A DNA stretch of 64,000 bases from NCBI GenBank assembly GCA_032718475.1, contig JAUCBJ010003385.1, positions 1 to 64,000 on the forward strand, written 5' to 3'. Position numbers and translations under genes: made by a program. The first letter of the stretch is position 1, and each line of letters starts with the position of its first letter. The stretch is from Nemertoderma westbladi (Eukaryota; Animalia; Xenacoelomorpha). The notes below the pieces were generated by a model. The model saw only the letters and a program-made list of their open reading frames with translations. It was not told the origin of the DNA and searched no databases. Below, one piece after another: positions 25,104 through 35,600 of the stretch.

Positions 25104-25610
25104 TTGGTTCTTTATTGTATTTAATAATTATAATATTGTATTTAATAATTATTTTTTGGTTCTTTATTGTATTTAATAATTATTTTTTGGTTCTTTATTG
25201 TATTTAATAATTATTTTTTGGTTCTTTATTGTATTTAATAATTATAATATTGTATTTAATAATTATTTTTTGGTTCTTTATTGTATTTAATAATTATTTT
25301 TTGGTTCTTTATTGTATTTAATAATTATTTTTTGGTTCTTTATTGTATTTAATAATTATTTTTTGGTTCTTTATTGTATTTAATAATTATTTTTTGGTTC
25401 TTTATTGTATTTAATAATTATTTTTTGGTTATTTATTGTATTTAATAATTATTTTTTGGTTCTTTATTGTATTTAATAATTATTTTTTGGTTCTTTATTG
25501 TATTTAATAATTATTTTTTGGTTCTTTATTATATTTAATAATTATAATATTGTATTTAATAATTATTTTTTGGTTCTTTATTGTATTTAATAATTATTTT
25601 TTGGTTCTTA
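25104..25610 (+). repeat. AT-rich 31-bp tandem repeat (TTGGTTCTTTATTGTATTTAATAATTATTTT), ~16 copies with shorter variants
   Basis: Seen directly. Confidence 0.93.
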
Positions 25611-26190
25611 TTTTTTGTTTTTTATTTCTTATCTTTTTTTTTATTTTTCTTTATTTTTTTCTTATTTATTTTTTGGTTCAATTAATTCAGGAATGACGAA
25701 AATAAATTAATGAGGAATCAAATTTATAATAAAAAAAAAAACAATTACGATATTCTCCTACAGCCATTGTGTAAAGGAAACATGTCAGTCCTGTAATAGG
25801 ATACGGTGTCAATTCCATCGCTACTGATATTTCAGAATAGAAAACTGGAAACTAGAAGCACTTAATAAACTGCGTAATATATATACAAATAAATACAAGG
25901 AAATAAAAAAAACAATGTTCGAAAATCACGAAGGAACAACCAATTAATTAATTAATTAACTCGCTAATCAAATAAAAAAGAACCACAGAAGATATAACCT
26001 TAAATCAGAATTTCCACCTTAAAACATAATAAATCAAAAATTTATAACAAATATTTAATTTATAGTGCAAAACTTATTAATATAAATATTATCACCACAA
26101 TAATTTATTATAATCAATAATTACGTGTCTGTCTATATAATATTATAAAAAGTTAATTTGACACAAAGAATTAATAAATAACATACATAG

Positions 26191-27591
26191 GGTACTGTAA
26201 GCCTATGTTTACGTGGTTCGTCGGGCTGAAACGTACGGTACTGTAAGCCTATGTTTACGTGGTTCGTCGGGCTGAAACGTACGGTACTGTAAGCCTATGT
26301 TTACGTGGTTCGTCGGGCTGAAACGTACGGTACTGTAAGCCTATGTTTACGTGGTTCGTCGGGCTGAAACGTACGGTACTGTAAGCCTATGTTTATACGT
26401 GGTTCGTCGGGCTGAAACGTACGATACTGTAAGCCTATGTTTACGTGGTTGTCGGGCTGAAACGTACGGTACTGTAAGCCTATGTTTACGTGGTTCGTCG
26501 GGCTCAAACGTACGGTACTGTAAGCCTATGTTTATACGTGGTTCGTCGGGGTGAAACTTACGGTACTGTAAGCCTATGTTTACGTGGTTGTCGGGCTGAA
26601 ACGTACGGTACTGTAAGCCTATGTTTACGTGGTTGTCGGGCTGAAACGTACGGTACTGTAAGCCTATGTTTACGTGGTTCGTCGGGCTGAAACGTACGGT
26701 ACTGTAAGCCTATGTTTACGTGGTTCGTCGGGCTGAAACGTACGGTACTGTAAGCCTATGTTTACGTGGTTCGTCGGGCTCAAACGTACGGTACTGTAAG
26801 CCTATGTTTACGTGGTTCGTCGGGCTCAAACGTACGGTACTGTAAGCCTATGTTTATACGTGGTTCGTCGGGCTGAAACGTACGGTCCTGTAAGCCTATG
26901 TTTACGTGGTTCGTCGGGGTGAAACGTACGATACTGTAAGCCTATGTTTACATGGTTCGTCGGGCTGAAACGTACGGTACTGTAAGCCTATGTTTATACG
27001 TGGATCGTCGGGCTGAAACGTACGGTACTGTAAGCCTATGTTTATTCGTGGTTCGTCGGGCTGAAACGTACGGTACTGTAAGCCTATGTTTACGTGGTTC
27101 GTCGGGCTGAAACGTACGGTACTGTAAGCCTATGTTTATACGTGGATCGTCGGGCTGAAACGTACGGTACTGTAAGCCTATGTTTACGTGGTTCGTCGGG
27201 GTGAAACGTACGGTACTGTAAGCCTATGTTTATACGTGGTTCGTCGGGGTGAAACGTACGGTACTGTAAGCCTATGTTTACGTTGTTCGTCGGGCTGAAA
27301 CGTACGGTACTGTAAGCCTATGTTTATACGTGGTTCGTCGGGGTGAAACGTACGGTACTGTAAGCCTATGTTTATACGTGGATCGTCGGGCTGAAACGTA
27401 CGGTACTGTAAGCCTATGTTTATACGTGGTTCGTCGGGCTGAAACGTACGGTACTGTAAGCCTATGTTTATACGTGGTTCGTCGGGGTGAAACTTACGGT
27501 ACTGTAAGCCTATGTTTATACGTAGTTCGTCGGGCTGAAACGTACGGTACTGTAAGCCTATGTTTATACGTGGTTCGTCGGGCTGAAACGT
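26191..27591 (+). repeat. 46/48-bp tandem repeat (GGTACTGTAAGCCTATGTTT[AT]ACGTGGTTCGTCGGGCTGAAACGTAC), ~30 copies
   Basis: Seen directly; two length classes differ by a 2-nt indel. Confidence 0.96.
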
Positions 27592-28281
27592 GACGGAGAA
27601 GGGCTGTTTAACCGGCACCTATTAGTAAACGCACGAAATACTTAACCGGTTCGTGAACTCGCACGTGAATGAACCTAAAACTTTGGTAAATATTGGTTGA
27701 GAATAATTACAGAAACAGTGTGTTCAACATCTCTCACTAGGTAGAGATAATATGAGACCGCCGCATCACTTATCTTAGGCCCCGTCCTCACTGCCGCCGC
27801 ACTAACTGGTAGGATTTTTAAGCCGGCAGCCAGCTTGGGACGCGTTCATACTACGAATTGCGGTAGCGAAGCTTCAAGCTATCTTAAAAAATACAGTGTG
27901 AAATTGGTTGAAGCGTGTGTCTTAGTGTCGAAGTGTGAACGAGGCCTTCAATTGAACAGCGGAATAAAAAGTAAACATGAACCTGGTGTAAATAAATTAT
28001 TCATCAATACCTAATCCCTGTGTAATTAATTATTTATAAATTACATAATAGATTGGATGAGAGCGATAATGCCGAATTGTTTTTGTTTTACATAATCATC
28101 AATAATTTTACAATTCTGTTCAATTCAAAAACATCGATTCGCAATAATATGCGATGTACAGGAATGGAAAACAAAAAGAAGTGTTTCCGTTTATTTGGCA
28201 ACAAAATGGCGTGACAAACAACCGACCATGTCTTCCAAGTGTGCAGCATATTGTGCAGCATATTGCCGAGCCGACGGTGGG

Positions 28282-28993
28282 TTACATTTGTAAAGTAAAT
28301 TCGAGATTCTGTGGGGCGTTCGGGCCCGATGCATCTGTACTGAGTGCAGACCGGTCGGAAGGGCTGAGTGCAGACCGGTCGGAAATGCTGAGTGCAGACC
28401 GGTCGGAAGGGCTGAGTGCAGACCGGTCGGAAGGGCTGAGTGCAGGCCGGTCGGAAGGGCTGAGTGCAGGCCGGTCGGAAGGGCTGAGTGCAGACCGGTC
28501 GGAAGGGCTGAGTGCAGGCCGGTCGGAAGGGCTGAGTGCAGACCGGTCGGAAGGGCTGAGTGCAAGCCGGTCGGAAGGGCTGAGTGCAAGCCGGTCGGAA
28601 GGGCTGAGTGCAGAAGCGGGAGTACTCAGTACCGACGGTACGGTGTTGTTAGTTCCGGGTTGAGAAGGATATATGGGTTGTTGATTGGCTGGAACTGCGT
28701 CGCCAATAACAACGTGAACAGAACTGCTGGCTGGTTGTTTTATTCGTCTGTTAGTCGGTGCAGGAATCCTTTCTGGCGATGTCCGCTCGTCCAGGTGCAA
28801 CTCCCGCATTCTCTGTATGAAATCCTCCAAATTCTCTTCCTCCTCCGACTCGACGGAGAGGTGGCTCGATGTTACCCTGGTAACGGGGTTCTGTAATTCC
28901 AATTGGCGCACCTCGACTGCAGGAAGTCTTCGGACGCAGTTAGAAGGGAAAGTTCCTTTTCGATTTGGAGAAATATAACCTTCCCACCAAGTA
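28282..28993 (-). CDS. Last coding exon of an SH3-domain protein (C-terminal half of SH3 plus low-complexity Ser/Pro tail)
   Basis: Acceptor TAATTTGTTTCAG| at 28994. The exon reads (S)TWWEGYISPNRKGTFPSNCVRRLPAVEVRQLELQ... in frame with the 209-aa track ORF to TAA at 28282. WWEG and G.FPSN.V are canonical SH3 motifs. Confidence 0.85.
28339..28613 (-). repeat. Coding 24-bp tandem repeat, (ALSPSDR[S/P/L]) x 11
   Basis: Plus-strand unit GGTCGGAAGGGCTGAGTGCAGACC; lies in frame within the terminal exon. Confidence 0.93.
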
Positions 28994-29043
28994 CTGAAAC
29001 AAATTACATTAAAAATACATTTTATTAAAATGCAACCTGTAAT

Positions 29044-32000
29044 CCTAACTAACCTCGCTATTAACCCTGTGCCCCCTAACTAACCTTGATATTAACCCTG
29101 TGCCCCCTAACTAACCTCGCTATTGGCCCTGTGCCCCCTAACTAACCTCGCTGTTGGCCCTGTGCCCCCTAACTAACCTCGCTGTTGGCCCTGTGCCCCC
29201 TAACTAACCTCGCTATTGGCCCTGTGCCCCCTAACTAACCTCGCTGTTGGCCCTGTGCCCCCTAACTAACCTCGCTGTTGGCCCTGTGCCCCCTAACTAA
29301 CCTCGCTATTGGCCCTGTGCCCCCTAACTAACCTCGCTATTGGCCCTGTGCCCCCTAACTAACCTCGCTGTTGGCCCTGTGCCCCCTAACTAACCTCGCT
29401 GTTGGCCCTGTGCCCCCTAACTAACCTCGCTGTTGGCCCTGTGCCCCCTAACTAACCTCGCTATTAACCCTGTGCCCCTAACTAACCTTGATATTAACCC
29501 TGTGCCCCCTAACTAACCTCGCTATTGGCCCTGTGCCCCCTAACTAACCTCGCTGTTGGCCCTGTGCCCCCTAACTAACCTCGCTGTTGGCCCTGTGCCC
29601 CCTAACTAACCTCGCTATTGGCCCTGTGCCCCCTAACTAACCTCGCTGTTGGCCCTGTGCCCCCTAACTAACCTCGCTGTTGGCCCTGTGCCCCCTAACT
29701 AACCTCGCTATTGGCCCTGTGCCCCCTAACTAACCTCGCTGTTGGCCCTGTGCCCCCTAACTAACCTCGCTATTGGCCCTGTGCCCCCTAACTAACCTCG
29801 CTGTTGGCCCTGTGCCCCCTAACTAACCTCGCTGTTGGCCCTGTGCCCCCTAACTAACCTCGCTATTAACCCTGTGCCCCCTAACTAACCTTGCTATTAA
29901 CCCTGTGCCCTCTAACTAACCTCGCTATTAACCCTGTGCCCCCTAACTAACATCGCTATTAACCCTGTGTCCCCTAACTAACCTTGCTATGACCCTGTGC
30001 CCCCTAACTAACCTCGCTATTAACCCTGTGCCCCCTAACTAACCTTGCTATTAACCCTGTGCCCTCTAACTAACCTCGCTATTAACCCTGTGCCCCCTAA
30101 CTAACATCGCTATTAACCCTGTGCCCTCTAACTAACCTCGCTATTAACCCTGTGCCCCCTAACTAACCTCGCTATTAACCCTGTGCCCCCTAACTAACCT
30201 CGCTGTTGGCCCTGTACCCCCTAACTAACCTCGCTATTAACCCTGTGCCCCCTAACTAACCTCGCTATTAACCCTGTGCCCCCTAACTAACCTTGCTATT
30301 AACCCTGTGCCCTCTAACTAACCTCGCTATTAACCCTGTGCCCCCTAACTAACATCGCTATTAACCCTGTGTCCCCTAACTAACCTTGCTATTAATCCTG
30401 TGCCCCCTAACTAACCTTGCTATTAACCCTGTGCCCCCTAACTAACCTCGCTGTTGGACCTGTGCCCCCTAACTAACCTCGCTATTAACCCTGTGCCCCC
30501 TAACTAACCTCGCTGTTGGCCCTGTGCCCCCTAACTAACCTCGCTGTTGGCCCTGTGCCCCCTAACTAACCTCGCTGTTGGCCCTGTGCCCCCTAACTAA
30601 CCTCTCTATTAATCCTGTGCCCCCTAACTAACCTCGCTGTTGGCCCTGTGCCCCCTAACTAACCTCTCTATTAATCATGTGCCCCCTAACTAACCTCGCT
30701 GTTGGCCCTGTGTCCCCGAACTAACCTTGCTATTAACCCTGTGCCCCCAAACTAACCTCGCTGTTGGCCCTGTGCCCCCTATAACTAACCTCGCTGTTAG
30801 ACCTGTGCCTCCTAACTAACCTCGCTATTAACCCTGTGCCCCCTAACTAACCTCGCTGTTGGCCCTGTGCCCCCTAACTAACCTCTCTATTAATCCTGTG
30901 CCCCCTAACTAACCTCGCTGTTGGCCCTGTGCCCCCTAACTAACCTCGCTGTTGGCCCTGTGTCCCCGAACTAACCTTGCTATTAACCCTGTGCCCCCTA
31001 ACTAACCTCGCTGTTGGCCCTGTGCCCCCTAACTAACCTCTCTATTAACCCCGTGCCCTCTAACTAACCTTGATATTAACCCTGTGCCTCCTAACTAACC
31101 TTGCTATTAACCCTGTGCCTCCTAACTAACCTCGCTGTTGGCCCTGTGCCCCCTAACTAACCTCTCTATTAACCCTGTGCCCCCTAACTAACCTCGCTGT
31201 TGGCCCTGTGCCCCCTAACTAACCTCTCTATTAACCCCGTGCCCTCTAACTAACCTTGATATTAACCCTGTGCCTCCTAACTAACCTTGCTATTAACCCT
31301 GTGCCCCCTAACTAACCTTGCTATTAACCCTGTGCCCCCTAACTAACCTCGCTATTGGCCCTGTGCCCCCTAACTAACCTCGCTGTTGGCCCTGTGCCCC
31401 CTAACTAACCTCTCTATTAATCCTGTGCCCCCTAACTAACCTCGCTGTTGGCCCTGTGCCCCCTAACTACCCTCGCTGTTGGCCCTGTGCCCCCTAACTA
31501 ACCTCTCTATTAATCCTGTGCCCCCTAACTAACCTCGCTGTTGGCCCTGTGCCCCCTAACTAACCTCGCTGTTGGCCCTGTGTCCCCGAACTAACCTTGC
31601 TATTAACCCTGTGCCCCCTAACTAACCTCGCTGTTTGACCTGTGCCCCCTAACTAACCTCGCTATTAACCCTGTGCCCCCTAACTAACCTCGCTGTTGGC
31701 CCTGTGCCCCCTAACTAACCTCGCTGTTGGCCCTGTGCCCCCTAACTAACCTCTCTATTAATCCTGTGCCCCCTAACTAACCTCGCTGTTGGCCCTGTGC
31801 CCCCTAACTAACCTCGCTGTTGGACCTGTGCCCCCTAACTAACCTCGCTATTAACCCTGTGCCCCCTAACTAACCTCGCTGTTGGCCCTGTGCCCCCTAA
31901 CTAACCTCGCTGTTGGCCCTGTGTCCCCGAACTAACCTTGCTATTAACCCTGTGCCCCCTAACTAACCTCGCTGTTGGACCTGTGCCCCCTAACTAACCT

Positions 32001-32451
32001 CGCTATTAACCCTGTGCCCCCTAACTAACCTCGCTGTTGGCCCTGTGCCCCCTAACTAACCTCGCTGTTGGCCCTGTGCCCCCTAACTAACCTCTATATT
32101 AATCCTGTGCCCCCTAACTAACATTGCTATTGGCCCTGTGCCCCCTAACTAACCTCGCTGTTGGCCCTGTGCCCCCGAACTAACCCTGCTATTAACCCTG
32201 TGCCCCCTAACTAACCTCGCTGTTGGCCCTGTGCCCCCTAACTAACCTCGCTGTTGGCCCTGTGTCCCCGAACTAACCTTGCTATTAACCCTGTGCCCCC
32301 TAACTAACCTCGCTGTTGGCCCTGTGCCCCCTAACTAACCTCTCTATTAACCCCGTGCCCTCTAACTAACCTTGCTATTAACCCTGTGCCCCCTAACTAA
32401 CCTCGCTGTTGGCCCTGTGCCCCCTAACTAACCTCGCTGTTGGCCCTGTGC
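29044..32451 (-). repeat. Intronic 31-bp satellite, ~110 copies; minus-strand unit GCACAGGGCCAACAGCGAG|GTTAGTTAGGGG (exon end plus 5' splice site)
   Basis: Seen directly; the first minus-strand unit overlaps the 3' end of exon 32433-32604. Confidence 0.96.
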
Positions 32452-32604
32452 TAGTAACCCGAAATATTTCTTTCCTTTGGAAACCTAGATCCCTCGCCAT
32501 CTGAGGAATAAATGTTCGCGTTGCCTCGACCCAGAGTTCGTTGTTAGGGGATTCGGGGCCTCCACTACTATTTCGGTAGACTCGGGTAGCAGCGCTAGGG
32601 AAAC
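32433..32604 (-). CDS. Internal 172-nt coding exon of the SH3-domain protein (N-terminal half of SH3)
   Basis: Acceptor ATTTTATTTTCCAG| at 32605 and donor AG|GTTAGT at 32432. Only one frame is open: xFPSAATRVYRNSSGGPESPNNELWVEATRTFIPQMARDLGFQRKEIFRVTSTGPTA. Its phase-2 end joins exon 28993 in frame (AG+T = Ser). Confidence 0.85.
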
Positions 32605-32663
32605 CTGGAAAATAAAATTATAATTATGAAAACGAAATGGACCTACTGTACTATAGTAACTAC

Positions 32664-35600
32664 TGGCAACTGTAATTAGGTCCCAACGTTCTAGAACAAC
32701 TAACTTTCATGGCAACTGTAATTAGGTACCAACGTTCTAGAACAACTAACCTTCATGGCAACTGTAATTAGGTACCAACGTTCTAGAACAACTAACCTTC
32801 ATGGCAACTGTAATTAGGTACCAACGTTCTAGAACAACTAACCTTCATGGCAACTGTAATTAGGTACCAACGTTCTAGAACAACTAACCTTCATGGCAAC
32901 TGTAATTAGGTACCAACGTTCTAGAACAACTAACCTTCATGGCAACTGTAATTAGGTACCAACGTTCTAGAACAACTAACCTTCATGGCAACTGTAATTA
33001 GGTACCAACGTTCTAGAACAACTAACCTTCATGGCAACTGTAATTAGGTACCAACGTTCTAGAACAACTAACCTTCATGGCAACTGTAATTAGGTGCCAA
33101 CGTTCTAGAACTACTAGCCTTCATGGCAACTGTAATTAGGTACCAACGTTCTAGAACAACTAACCTTCATGGCAACTGTAATTAGGTACCAACGTTCTAG
33201 AACAACTAACCTTCATGGCAACTGTAATTAGGTACCAACGTTGTAGAACAACTAACCTTCATGGCAACTGTAATTAGGTACCAACGTTCTAGAACAACTA
33301 ACCTTCATGGCAACTGTAATTAGGTACCAACGTTCTAGAAGAACTAACCTTCATGGCAACTGTAATTAGGTACCAACGTTCTAGAAGAACTAACCTTCAT
33401 GGCAACTGTAATTAGGTACCAACGTTCAAGAACAACTAACCTTCATGTCAAATGTAATTAGGTACCAACGTTCTAGAACAACTAACCTTCATGGCAACTG
33501 TAATTAGGTACCAACGTTGTAGAACAACTAACCTTCATGGCAACTGTAATTAGGTACCAACGTTCTAGAAGAACTAACCTTCATGGCAACTGTAATTAGG
33601 TACCAACGTTGTAGAACAACTAACCTTCATGGCAACTGTAATTAGGTACCAACGTTCTAGAACAACTAACCTTCATGGCAACTGTAATTAGGTACCAACG
33701 TTCTAGAAGAACTAACCTTCATGGCAACTGTAATTAGGTACCAACGTTGTAGAACAACTAACCTTCATGGCAACTGTAATTAGGTACCAACGTTCTAGAA
33801 CAACTAACCTTCATGGCAACTGTAATTAGGTACCAACGTTCTAGAAGAACTAACCTTCATGGCAACTGTAATTAGGTACCAACGTTCTAGAACAACTAAC
33901 CTTCATGGCAACTGTAATTAGGTACCAACGTTCTAGAACAACTAACTTTCATGGCAACTGTAATTAGGTACCAACGTTCTAGAACAACTAACCTTCATGG
34001 CAACTGTAATTAGGTACCAACGTTGTAGAACAACTAACCTTCATGGCAACTGTAATTAGGTACCAACGTTCTAGAACAACTAACCTTCATGGCAACTGTA
34101 ATTAGGTACCAACGTTCTAGAAGAACTAACCTTCATGGCAACTGTAATTAGGTACCAACGTTGTAGAACAACTAACCTTCATGGCAACTGTAATTAGGTA
34201 CCAACGTTCAAGAACAACTAACCTTCATGTCAAATGTAATTAGGTACCAACGTTCTAGAACAACTAACTTTCATGGCAACTGTAATTAGGTACCAACGTT
34301 CTAGAACAACTAACCTTCATGGCAACTGTAATTAGGTACCAACGTTGTAGAACAACTAACCTTCATGGCAACTGTAATTAGGTACCAACGTTCTAGAACA
34401 ACTAACTTTCATGGCAACTGTAATTAGGTACCAACGTTCTAGAACAACTAACCTTCATGGCAACTGTAATTAGGTACCAACGTTGTAGAACAACTAACCT
34501 TCATGGCAACTGTAATTAGGTACCAACGTTCTAGAAGAACTAACCTTCATGGCAACTGTAATTAGGTACCAACGTTCAAGAACAACTAACCTTCATGTCA
34601 AATGTAATTAGGTACCAACGTTCTAGAACAACTAACTTTCATGGCAACTGTAATTAGGTACCAACGTTCTAGAACAACTAACCTTCATGGCAACTGTAAT
34701 TAGGTACCAACGTTCTAGAACAACTAACCTTCATGGCAACTGTAATTAGGTACCAACGTTCTAGAACAACTAACCTTCATGGCAACTGTAATTAGGTACC
34801 AACGTTCTAGAACAACTAACCTTCATGGCAACTGTAATTAGGTGCCAACGTTCTAGAACTACTAGCCTTCATGGCAACTGTAATTAGGTACCAACGTTCT
34901 AGAACAACTAACCTTCATGGCAACTGTAATTAGGTACCAACGTTCTAGAACAACTAACCTTCATGGCAACTGTAATTAGGTACCAACGTTGTAGAACAAC
35001 TAACCTTCATGGCAACTGTAATTAGGTACCAACGTTCTAGAACAACTAATCTTCATGGCAACTGTAATTAGGTACCAACGTTCTAGAAGAACTAACCTTC
35101 ATGGCAACTGTAATTAGGTACCAACGTTCAAGAACAACTAACCTTCATGTCAAATGTAATTAGGTACCAACGTTCTAGAACAACTAACCTTCATGGCAAC
35201 TGTAATTAGGTACCAACGTTGTAGAACAACTAACCTTCATGGCAACTGTAATTAGGTACCAACGTTCTAGAACAACTAGCCTTCATGGCAACTGTAATTA
35301 GGTACCAACGTTCTAGAACAACTAGCCTTCATGGCAACTGTAATTAGGTACCAACGTTCTAGAAGAACTAACCTTCATGGCAACTGTAATTAGGTACCAA
35401 CGTTCTAGAACAACTAACCTTCATGGCAACTGTAATTAGGTACCAACGTTCTAGAACAACTAACCTTCATGGCAACTGTAATTAGGTACCAACGTTCAAG
35501 AACAACTAACCTTCATGGCAACTGTAATTAGGTACCAACGTTCTAGAACAACTAACCTTCATGGCAACTGTAATTAGGTACCAACGTTCTAGAACAACTA

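Noticed and set aside
26301-27618. ORFs with repeated peptides (INIGLQYRTFQPDEPR and similar)
   Set aside because: Translations of the 46/48-bp repeat; frames break wherever the 46-bp unit occurs.
28154-28896. Plus-strand and alternative-frame ORFs over the 24-bp repeat
   Set aside because: Only the 28282-28911 frame connects to the SH3 motifs and splice sites; the others stay open only because the repeat lacks stops.
29044-32451. Telomeric or interstitial telomeric repeat (CCCTAA and TAACCC occur in the unit; TTAGGG or TTAGG also occur in the 45- and 46-bp units)
   Set aside because: Only isolated hexamers per unit, never tandem runs; the 31-bp unit is fully explained by the exon/donor junction.
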